In this document: piece by piece, positions 50,500 to 62,094 of the stretch
Numbering within the stretch: position 1 is the stretch's first letter
Layout: each line of letters opens with the position of its first letter
Source: Mobula hypostoma
Lineage: Eukaryota
DNA: 64,000 nt
Reading direction: 5' to 3'
Assembly (NCBI RefSeq): GCF_963921235.1
Contig: NC_086101.1
Span: 14,632,001 to 14,696,000, forward strand
Program-made: the position numbers and the translations under genes
The notes under the pieces: model-generated
Seen by the model: only the letters and a program-made list of their open reading frames with translations
Told to the model about the DNA's origin: nothing
The model's database searches: none

Positions 50500-52949
50500 A
50501 GAATGAGGAGAATGAGAGAGGGGGATAGAAGAATATTGGAAGCATTAAGGTGTTAGGGTTCTCCTCAAGATTATTTTGACAATCACTTAGATTATCACTA
50601 ATCTAAGGCCTAATTGCTCATGCTCACATATTATTCGTTAGTGAAACAATTCAGTCCTTTTTTGAGGGAAGGGCAAGTTCAAAGTAAAATTTGTTATCAG
50701 AGAACATACAGTATATATCACTATATACTAATCTGAGATTCATTGTCTTGCAGGCAGGACAAGGAAAGCAAAGTTTTAGTGCTTTAATGTTCCAAACGGT
50801 ACAGAGAGGGGGTAAAAGAGTCGGTGGAGCCGCATTATTAAAAGCGCATGACTAAACATCTGCAATTAGAGAGATCATCTTGGAAGGGCATCCAGTGAGG
50901 CGACTTGGGCAAAATTTAGGATGGGGTCACGGTGGCACAGCTGTTGTGTAGTTAATTAGAGCACCCAAGAATGAAAACGCAATGACGTAACAAAAAGAAT
51001 CAGCCGATTCGTTCCATCGTGGCAATTAGATCGTATTTTGGAAGAAGCGCGTATTTGGCATTTTGCAATGTTAGCGGCTCTCCCCAGCACAGAGGCTTTG
51101 CTTCAGTACCACCTCTGTGCACTGAATCTGTAAGTTCTCTTAATAGCTAAACATGCATCAATGTCTTCTATAAATATGTTCAGTAAGTGAAGCTCCTTGA
51201 TCTCCTTGGCGAGAGAATTTCAGAGATTTACCAGCCCAGGGGAGATGATATTTCTTCTCATTTCTCCCCCGAACGAGTAGTAATCTTTTTTAAGACCGTA
51301 AAACTTCATTCTTTCTTTTTCAATATTTTTATTAATTACTTGCATTCTAAACTTCTGAGCAGGGAATATTAATCTGCCATTTAGCTTGCTAAACGACGCA
51401 TTATCTTTGTGTGCATCATTTAGATCACCGGTCATTCGTTCAAACAGTAGAGAGAATAACTCCATTCTGTTTAATCTGTCCTCATTCTGCTATGTTCGGG
51501 AGCCGGGACTCTTTCAGAAGTTCCAAAATCAAACTCTCCAGTGCTCTATCTAATGCAGAAAAAGTGCGGTACCGAGTGTCCAAGATAATACAAAAGAGAA
51601 ACAGTGCCCCAAGACATCACTGTGATATAACCATTAGACATGGGCGCAGAATTAATTCATTTGGCCTTTTGAATTCTCTCTGCCTTTTCATCATGTCTGA
51701 TCCATTTTTTTTCTCCAACCCATTCTCCTGCCTTCTCCCAATAACCGTTCACATCCTATCTAATCAAGAACTTATTAACCTCCACCTTCAGTGCACCCAG
51801 TTACCCAGCCTCCACGGCCGCCTATGGCAACGAATTCCACAGGTTCAGCACACTGTGGTTAAAGAAATTCCACCTCATCTCTGTTCTAAATGGACGTCCC
51901 TCCATAGTATAATCAGGTCATGACTGACCTGAATGTATGGATGGATCGGTGGATTTTCAGCTTTGCATTTCCCTGACAGAAGGTTCAATTACGTAAGCAT
52001 CAATTATATAAAAGTTCTGGGATAGATTTGGTGACTGAACAAAATATTACAGAGAAGGTTATTTATATTGTAAATACACATCTCTCACTTGCAGCATACA
52101 GATTAAAGAAAAATCGCCTTCCATGTTTGATTCAATGAAAACGTAACGAATCAATTTTCTGATGCTCAGTGACGAGGGAAAGTTTCCAAGGTCCGGCGAT
52201 GAAAAATGAGATTTGTGATTATTATTGATAATGGGCGCTGTTGTCAACAGCAACAGGCAATGGCAAATGACATTTGGGGAAGCAAACCATAGCAGAACGC
52301 ACGCAATATCTGGGAGGCCTCTGCTGAGTATTAGTGAGCTGAGGGACGTCAGGCTGTAAGTCTGTAGAATACTCAAAGTGACAGCAGAAGTGGATAAAGT
52401 GGATATTCGAATGTCTGCCTTCATTGCCGTGTCATTATTAGTAATAATTGGGACGTTAGTTTACAGCTTCTTAAAACATTAGGTAGACCTCATCTCGGTT
52501 ATCGTCAGCGGATTTGGCCCCTACATTATAGGAAGAATGTTATTGAGCTGACAGGATGCAGTTGCAGCTGATTAAGTTAGAAAGTGATGATTTGTAGATG
52601 GCGACAATCTTTATTCCATGACCGGTGTGTTGAGAAACAATGACATAATTTTACTGTGAGAGATGGGAAGTTCGAGAACCTATAGGGATTCCTTTCAGAC
52701 AGGTGGTGGTTTAAAACTGGGAGGTACTGTCTGACGAAGTGGTGGATTGGGATGTACTGTCTGACGAGGTGGTGGAGACAGGTACTGTCGCGATATTTAT
52801 AAAGGCATCGAATACTTGAATCGCCACAGCAGAGAAGTCTATGGACAAGATGTGGGTAAATGAGATCAGCGTAGTTCTGTACAACTCGTGGGTTTGATAT
52901 GTCGGGCCGAAAGGAAGGTATGAGACTATGAGATTATTTCCGGTTACAG

Positions 52950-53291
52950 GAGCTGCCAGAGCTAACGGAATAAGCCACCAATGGCCGGAGCGGATCATGG
53001 TTACTGAAGGGGGCACGGCGCAGCTGAGTTGTGCTTACATCAGTAATATAAACGTTGCAAAGAAGTGGGTCGGATCCCTTACCTGGTACAAAGACGAGGA
53101 ACGCGGTACCGTTTGCAACAAGTGCAGTGGGTTTCATGGTCGCGTAACGACGAACAGTTCAGGAGGCTTTCTTCACCAAACTTTACAAATCGTTAACGTC
53201 AGAATGAACGATACAGGAAAGTATTACTGCAAAGTACAAATTTTCGACAAGGGAAGTTATCTTGGCAAAGGGACAGAAGTTCAAGTCACAA
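52950..53291 (+). CDS. NCR3: Ig V-set (joined VJ-type) exon V3, NCR3/NKp30-like
   Basis: Acceptor tttccggttacag| at 52949, donor A|gtaagt at 53292, 342 nt, phase 1-1. EGGTAQLSC, TWYKD, GRV, VRMNDTGKYYC, LGKGTEVQV. Confidence 0.87.
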
Positions 53292-53710
53292 GTAAGTTCG
53301 TATTATTTTGCATTTATATTCGATGTTTGATGCGCAGTTCTCAACTTCTGCAATAAAGTGTACCTCGATACAAATTTAGACACAGAAATTCGGGATGTCG
53401 TTGACATATTGATTTTGAACTAACTTACAAATCCGCGTCTTTGGCATGAAAGAGGAAATTGGCACAACTGGGAAGAAACCCATGCTGTAACAGAGATCTT
53501 GGTCTGTACGAAATATGTGGTGCAGAGGGATAATAAATTTTCCATGAAGAGATAGCGGATAGACTGGAAGGGCCGAATGGTCTGCCCGGGATAGTAGCTG
53601 TGCTAGATACGCTGCTTCTAACACTCTTGATTTATGTTAGTATTTTCGTTTATGTAGAAAGATGTAGGCCTCAGAAACGTAGTTAGTGATTCTGATTGTT
53701 TTGTTATCAG

Positions 53711-53871
53711 CAGGCAGGAAGGCAACAAAAAGCGGCGGAAGGAGCTTATGTTGGCAGCTACTTGAAATGGGAGTGAAACTTATAATATTTCTTGTGATCA
53801 ACATTGTAACGGTTCTCTTCATCCGTTCCCAGAGGTCTCGTGGAATTGTCAACAGGAACAAATTAATCTAA
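53711..53871 (+). CDS. Terminal stalk/TM/short-tail exon of gene 2
   Basis: Acceptor ttgttatcag|; GRKATKSGGRSLCWQLLEMGVKLIIFLVINIVTVLFIRSQRSRGIVNRNKLI*; 4 nt and 3 aa differ from the gene 1 copy. Confidence 0.77.
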
Positions 53872-54552
53872 CATGGAATTTCCAAACGGAATAGTAGACT
53901 GCTTTTGATGTTGTGTTTATTGCTAATGAGTGAGAATAACTGCATATCTAATTATTAAATACAGAAAAGGACTGTGTATTTTATTGCCTTTCAGAATATT
54001 GCTCTGTAACACAGCACATGGGTATTTTTCAGATAAATATATTACATCCAACGATAGCATCAAAAGATCACGTCAATATATATTAATCCCATATGCCGCT
54101 TTAGGCCCGAATACCTCCACGCATTTCTTATCGACTGCCGAAACTACGTATAAATATCATAATTATATCTGCCTCTCTTGTCTTCTGTGGAAGGCCATGA
54201 CAGATATTAACCACATATGACATACTTATATGATATCTTACTGAAAGCTGTATGTTACTAAATATGATTATCCAGTTTATTCTGACTGACCGCGATGGTT
54301 AATGGCAGTCGTACCGAATAAAAACCAAAACCTTCCATCTTGCGGGAAGAGAACGACTTGTTGAGCAGCAACAGGGAAAAAAGTAACCACGGAAATAACG
54401 GGAAACAATCGACAGCCATTTATTGGTCTCTAGACATGGAAATCAATAAAACTTTAATCTAACGTGTAATTTTCAACCGTTGTGTGTGTACATCACTAAC
54501 AAGAGACGTCGTGCAATTTTCGATTCAATGAAGTGCTAATATCCACTGAAAT

Positions 54553-54596
<44 letters not shown>

Positions 54597-54664
54597 CTAT
54601 ACCCTCAGTGGCCTCTTGAGAAGGTGTCTCCTGTATGTGTACAATCATGAATTTCTGCTACTGT

Positions 54665-55628
54665 TGTCATAAGGCGGTGGCTGGGAACCGACCAGAGTGC
54701 AAGACACAGACACTGAATTACTAGGGACAGGACTAGGATACAGGGTGAGGGCAAGGACATGGACATGAAAACCGGGAACCCGGAACAGGATTGGACAAGA
54801 GAGCTAGCAGCCCGGGCTTGGACTCCGAGCCAGAGACTGGACAAGGGCCCAGTACATGGGTCTTGCCTCTGGCTCGGACCCCAGAACTAGGCAAGGACGA
54901 GTCTTGGCAGGCAGGCAGGACGAAGCTGGAGTCTTCAGGCTTGAGGTTAGGCAGGCTGCTCCTGGGCAGGGCACGGTTCACCTGGGCAGGGCGCCGTACA
55001 CCTGGGCAGGGCGTGGATCAGCACCCGACAGAGGCATGGGACAGGAAGGGACAGAACCAACCGCAGGTAACGGCAAGATGGCGTGGCTTACCCGACGGAG
55101 GCAAGGGACAGGAAGGGACAGAACTAACCGCAGGTAACGGCAAGAGGTCCTGGATTACCCGACGGAGACAAGGTACAGGAAGGGACAGAACCAACCACAG
55201 GTAACGGCAAGACGGCCTGGCTTACCTGGGCGGAGGCAAGGGACAGGAAGGGAGCTAGGTACAGGATGCTCCAGGACAAGAGTGCAGGCGAGACGAGGTG
55301 AGAGTTACCAGCAAGACAAGGCAAGGCTTCAAGCAATGCAAGGCGAGACGAGAACTTCAGGCGAGGCGAGAGTTACCGGCAAGACAAGGCAGGGCTTCAG
55401 GCGAGGAAACAGAAGGCAGAGGAAGGGATACAAGGAGTAAGGACGAGAACAATCCAACGGCCACGCCCTGGTCTCTGAAGGTATTTAAGCAGCCAGCCCC
55501 AACGAGCATCAGCTGCCTCAATTAAAGCTCAACAAGAACAGAAACAGGGTAGACAGAAAAATCTGGAGCAAGGGTCGATGGACCGGACCGTGAACTGGAA
55601 TACGGACTGCACGGACCGGACCATGACA
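54665..55628 (-). mobile_element. Solo LTR, copy B (TGTCAT...ATGACA), TSD ACTGT, with an expanded ~58-bp internal repeat
   Basis: actgt at 54660-54664 and 55629-55633; perfect 6-bp inverted termini. Confidence 0.8.
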
Positions 55629-57128
55629 ACTGTAGCACATCCACTTCAAAGCTCGACTGTCCCCTTCCTGTTAGCTTCAACTAGCTAAACCATTCTTCTC
55701 TCATCCCTTTCATTACCAAGGCGATTTCACCCACAGAACTGCCGCTCACTGGATGTTTTATTTTGTTGTTGTTGTTTTATGCACCATCCTCTGAACTCTA
55801 GAGACTGTCTATTTGTCTGTCTATCTATCTATTTATTTATTTTTCTGCCTATCTGTCCGCTATTTATTTATCTATCTATTATTCATTCATTCATTCATTT
55901 ATTAATTACTGATGGATACAACGCGGAACAGTCCCACTGAGCCGCACCACCTAGCGACCCACCTATTTAACCCTAGACTAATCACAGGGCAGTTTACAAT
56001 GACGAGTTAACCTACTAGTCGGTATGTTTTTCAACTGTGGGAGGAAACCAGAGCATCCAGCGGAAATTCATGCATTCATGGGGAGAAACGGACACACTCC
56101 TGACAGACTACGTTGGCATTGCGCTCCGAATTCCGACGCCTGCAGCTGTAATAGCGTCTCGCTGACAACTACGATACCATGGCGTCCTTGGCTGCTAAGA
56201 TATTTACATTAACAAGCAGGTCTACATGTTGTGACGAATTTGAGTCACGCTGTGCAGCCTCTAGGTGTCGCCAGATCTCATCTACAGTCCACCGCAGAAA
56301 GAGAGCAATACAAAAACTAGAGCACAGTACACTTAAATCAGCCGCAACGTCTGTAGTTAAAAAAGAAAATTAAATAAAAGGTTTGAAACACTTAACACGT
56401 CAGGCTCACTTGGAGACAAGGAAACAAAGTTGAGTTTCTAGATTTTTTTCAGAACTTAATTCATACATTTTCGCCACGTTCAATTTGATGCAGTCACTGG
56501 CGCTTCTTGAGTGAGATACATCTGGTCATTAGTCCCAGTGTTACATTGCAATTCCACATCATCCCCCATTCTATGCTGTAGTGAGCGATGTTCTATTCTG
56601 ATCGAAAAGGATTTAGTCCAAACAAATCCCACAACAAATCCTTAACCTGAAAAGACACTCCTCTCCGTGCTCATCAAATACCTTGAAAATATGATGCCAT
56701 CCACTTTCACTATGTTTCCAGGCAACGTGTCTTAGAATTGCAGTTGAAAAAATGCCCCTTCTCCGTAATCCATAAATACTATTACTTCATATCAATGTCT
56801 GGTAGTTTTTTTTCGCTGATGTGAAAGAGTTATTTCCTATATATGTGACCTCTAGTTATTCCTTACTTTTCCACATCTCAGCGAAGATTTTTACTAAAGC
56901 ATATACCAGCTAATCTCTACTCACAGAAACCTAGTAACATAGAACATAGAAAAACTACAGTACAATGCAGGCCCTTCGGCCCACAATCCTGTACCGAACA
57001 TGTACTTACTTTAGAAATTATCTCGGGTTACCCATTGTCCTCATGATTAGTAGTTTGTAAGCGTTGGCATCACACTTGAACTCGGTTGCTATACTGACCC
57101 AACCTTGCTAATTCCGTGTCTTGGTATC

Positions 57129-59258
57129 ATAGAAACATAAAAACATAGAAACATAGAAAATAGGTGCAGGAGTAGGCCATTCGGCCCTTCGAGCCTGCAC
57201 CGCCATTTATTATGATCATGGCTGATCATCCAACTCAGAACCCTGCACCAGCCTTCCCTCCATACCCGCTGATCCCCGTAGCCACAAGGGCAATATCTAA
57301 CTCCCTCTTAAATACAGCCAATGAACTGGCCTCAACTGTTTCCTGTGGCAGAGAATTCCACAGATTCACCACTCTCTGTGTGAAGAAGTTTTTCCTAATC
57401 TCGGTCCTAAAAGGCTTCCCCTTTATCCTCAAACTGTGACCACTCGTTCTGGACTTCCCCAACATCGGGAACAATCTTCCTGCATCTGGCCTGTCCAATC
57501 CCTTTAGGATTTTATACGTTTCAATCAGATCCCCCCTCAATCTTCTAAATTCCAACGAGTACAAGCCTAGTTCATCCAGTCTTTCTTCATATGAAAGTCC
57601 TGCCATCCCAGGAATCAATCTGGTGAACCTTCTTTGTACTCCCTCTATGGCAAGGATGTCTTTCCTCAGATTAGGGGACCAAAACTGCACACAATACTCC
57701 AGGTGTGGTCTCACCAAGGCCTTGCACAACTGCAGTAGTACCTCCCTGCTCCTGTACTCGAATCCTCTCGCTATAAATGCCAGCATACCATTCGCCTTTT
57801 TCACCGCCTGCTGTACCTGTATGCCCAATTTCAATGACTGGTGTATAATGACACCCAGGTCTCGTTGCACCTCCCCTTTTCCTAATCGGCCACCATTCAG
57901 ATAATAATCTGTTTTCCTATTTTTGCCACCAAAGTGGATAACTTCACATTTATCCACATTAAATTGCATATGCCATGAATTTGCCCACTCTCCCAACCTA
58001 TCCAAGTCACCCTGCATCCTCTTAGCATCCTCTTCACAGCTAACACTGCCGCCCAGCTTCGTGTCATCCGCAAACTCGGAGATGCTGCATTTAATTCCCT
58101 CATCCAAGTCATTAATATATATTGTAAACAACTGGGGTCCCAGCACTGAGCCTTGCGGTACCCCACTAGTCACTGCCTGCCATTCTGAAAAGGTCCCGTT
58201 TATTCCCACTCTTTGCTTCCTGTCTGCTAACCAATTCTCTATCCACATCAATACCTTACCCCCAATACCGTGTGCTTTAAGTTTGCACACTAATCTCCTG
58301 TGTGGTACCTTGTCAATAGCCTTTTGAAAATCCAAATATACCACATCCACTGGTTCTCCCCTATCCACTCTACTAGTTACATCCTCAAAAAATTCTATGA
58401 GATTCGTCAGACATGATTTTCCTTTCACAAATCCATGCTGACTTTGTCCGATGATTTCTCCGCTTTCCAAATGTGTTGTTATCTCATCTTTGATAACTGA
58501 CTTCAGCAGTTTCCCCACCACCGACGTTAGGCTAACCGGTCTATAATTTCCCGGTTTCTCTCTCCCTTCTTTTTCAAAAAGTGGGGTTACATTAGCCACC
58601 CTCCAATCCTCAGGAACTAGTCCAGAATCTAACGAGTTTTGAAAAATTATCACTAATGCATCCACTATTTCTTGGGCTACTTCTTTAAGCACTCTGGGAT
58701 GCAGACCATCTGGCCCTGGGGATTTATCTGCCTTTAATCCCTTCAATTTACCTAACACCACTTCCCTACTAACATGTATTTCGCTCAGTTCCTCCATCTC
58801 ACTGGACCCTCTGTCCCCTACTATTTCTGGAAGATTATTTATGTCCTCCTCAGTGAAGACAGAACCAAAGTAATTATTCAATTGGTCTGCCATGTCCTTG
58901 CTCCCCATAATCAATTCACCTGTTTCTGTCTGTAGGGGACCTACATTTGTCTTTACCAGTCTTTTCCTTTTTACATATCTAGAAAAGCTTTTACAGTCAG
59001 TTTTTATGTCCCCTGCCAGTTTTCTCTCATAATCTTTTTTCCCCTTCCTAATTAAGCCCTTTGTCCTCCTCTGCTGAACTCTGACTTTCTCCCAGTCCTC
59101 AGGTGAGCCACTTTTTCTGGCTAATTTGTATGCTACTTCTTTGGAATTGATACTATCCCTAATTTCTCTTGTCAGCCACGAGTGCACTACCTTCCTTGAT
59201 TTATTCTTTTGCCAAACTGGGATGAACAATTGTTGTAGTTCATCCATGCAATCTTTAA
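57129..59258 (-). mobile_element. Young CR1 insertion with an uninterrupted 670-codon RT ORF, present only in copy B
   Basis: ORF 57235-59247 has no stops or frameshifts; (CATAGAAA)n tail; copy A has the empty site ggtatc|gtagacc at ~21806. Confidence 0.95.
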
Positions 59259-62094
59259 ATCGTAGACCTATTGTACGCTAAGCCTCGGCGCAGCAGGGTT
59301 CTCAGGAGGTAAACGGGCAACAGATTGTAGAACCAGATACCGAATATAATTTGTTAAAAGATTAAATCGGTTAGAGCAATAAATTGCTGAAATTGAGCTC
59401 ACATGCATTACTTGCGCTAGTGGCTCGTTCAACACTCTTACGAGACCCTGAGTGAAGAAGTGTTCCCTTACTTTCCCCGTAAACGTTTCACGTTCCACGC
59501 TTAACCCACGATCTCTAGTTGTAGTCCCACTCAAATTCAGTGGAAAAAGCCTGCTTGAATTTGCCCTATCCTTCGTAATTTTGTACACCTCTACCAAATC
59601 TCCTCTCACTTTTACGTTGAAAGGAATGAAGTCCTTACCGACTCAATCTTTCCTTATAATTCAGGTCCTCCAGTCCCGACAACATAGAAACATAGAAACA
59701 TGGAAACGTAGGAAATCTACAGCGCAATACAGGCCCTTTGGCCCACAGAGTTGTGCCCAACATGCCCCTACTTTAGAAATTACTAGGCTGACCTATAACC
59801 CTCTATTTTACTAAGCTCCATGTACCTATCTAAAAGTCTCTTAAAAGAGCCTTTCATATCCGCCTCCACCACCGTTGCCGGCAGCCCATTCCACGCACTC
59901 ACCATTCTCTGCGTAAAAAGCTTATCCCTGACATCTCCTCTGTACCTTGTAAATTGTACCTGTAAACATCCTTGTAAATTGTCTCTATACTCTTTCAACC
60001 ATATCTACATCGTTGCCCTTGATTAGTGACCAAAGCTGCACACAATACTCCAAATTAGGCCTCATCAACGTCTTATATATCTTCAATATTACATCCCATC
60101 CCCTCTGCTCACTAACAAGAGGAATTCTGCAGATGCTGGAAATTCAAGGAACACACATCAAAGTTGGTAGTGAACGCAGCAGGCCAGGCAGCATCTCTAG
60201 GAAGAGGTACAGTCGACGTTTCGGGCCGAGACCCTTCATCAGGACTAACTGAAAGAAGAGCTAGTATGCGATTTGAAAGTGGGAGGGGGAGGGGGAGATC
60301 CAAAATGATAGGAGAAGACAGTCTTTTAAGTATTTCATTCGGGCCCCAGCAATTTCTGCATTTGCCTCCCAGTAGGTCCGAGGGAACAGCTTGTTAGGTC
60401 TGGAGATTTATCCACCCTGAGCCAGCAAGCACTTTCTCCTCTGTAATCTGTATGGGGTATATGGCCTCGCTGTTTGTCTTACTTCTACAGACTCTGTGTT
60501 CGTCTCCTGAGTAAATACGGATGCAAATATAAAATCTACATTTAAAATCTCGTCGTCTCTTTTGAATCCACACATGGATTACCAGTCTGATGTTCTAGAG
60601 GACCAATATTCCCCCTCGTAATCCTTTTGCTCTTAACATGTCAGTAGGATATGTTACGGATTTGCATTAACCTATCCAAACCCTCTCCAGGACTGTTCTT
60701 TATCATATAACAAGAACTGCATTCTAGCCATGGCACAGCTGGAGGACAGAGTTTATATACGAAAGATGCAGCTGCAATTTTTATGAGAATCATAGTGGGC
60801 ATTTTGTAATCTTAAATTTAATTTCAGCATTCGTCAACATGCATATTCGAAATTTCAAACTACGCATAGAAATGAAATGTTCAAACATTCCAAGTTTTTA
60901 TACATCAGTAAGTTATCCCGGCTCCTGCGCTTCTTAGAGCTCATCAATAAAGCAGGCCATAAACACAAGAGATTCTGCCATGCTTGAAATCCAGTTGTGT
61001 GTGTTGCTTTGAATAAAACTTGCAATTGGTTTATACGCTGTATCAATTGTGGTTTCATATGTTTCAGTTAACTTGTGGCTTTTTCTTTTTTTCTGAGAAC
61101 TGAGAACTTTTTCTGAGGTGTACAAGATGATGAGAGGCATTGATAGTGTGGATAGTCAGAGGCTTTTCCCCAGGGCTGAAATGGCTAACACGAGAGGGCT
61201 ATGGTTTTAAGGTGCTTGGAAGTAGGTGCAGAGGAGATGTCAGGGGTAAGTATTTGTGGGCCGAAGAGCCTGAATTGTGATGTAGGTTTTCTATGTTTCT
61301 ATACGTTTGTAACTTGTCAGGGGTAAGTATTTGTGGGCCGAAGAGCCTGTATTGTGCTGTAGGTTTTCTATGTTTCTATATGTTTGTAACTGCTACTCTG
61401 TCACCCAATTCACACTTTAATCGATTGGTTGGCCTTTCATAAACTTCAGATAGTATTTCCTCCCAACTAACCCAGGCCAACCAGTGGGCTCCCATTGTCC
61501 TTGATCTCATTGCCCAGCATTCGCCCAGAGCCTTCAAAGCTGATTACAGTGCTCACCTAAGCACTTCTTAATGTTCTAGGTTACTATGCTTCTAACAGTG
61601 ACACTGCCTTTGAATTACAAGTATTAGCCACATTCTGGGTAAAAAAAAAAAAAAGGTCCTCCTCGGATTTCTTACTCCTTACCCAAAATCTATGTCATGT
61701 AATTTTATTAAGGGGAATACTTGGCTTTCCAGTCTATCCGAACTGGCGTTTCAATTGTCCAAACACCGGATAGGGCCTTGTTCTAGGACCCAGACCCCGG
61801 CGAAGCAACACAGTTTGGCTGCCGAGCCCGAAGCTATTCTCGACCAGCTTGGCGCTTGGAATCATCCAACCTTACACCTGGTTAGGTGGACGAAGAACGA
61901 AACTTTTCCGCATCGAATCCGCTCCAAATCGGAAACAAGGCAGGAGACTGGGGCTAAGAGGGAAAACAGATCAGCAATGGTGAAATGGCGGAGTAGGTTT
62001 GATGGGCAAAAACGTTATTTCTTTTGGTCTTTTAAGTTAAGCATACCGTTACAAGAAAGAACACAATTCGATCAAAACATTTCAGGGCAAAGTA

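Noticed and set aside
49740-50556. Long ORFs of 220-262 aa
   Set aside because: Artefacts of translation through N runs; only the leader exon part is real.
51187-52424. ORFs in the gene 2 intron as extra exons
   Set aside because: They are decayed CR1 sequence (e.g. GGEMRRNIISPGLVNL) or its antisense.
52718-52789. 30-bp tandem repeat upstream of V3, CRISPR-like at first glance
   Set aside because: About 2.4 head-to-tail copies, no spacers, eukaryotic context; an ordinary minisatellite.
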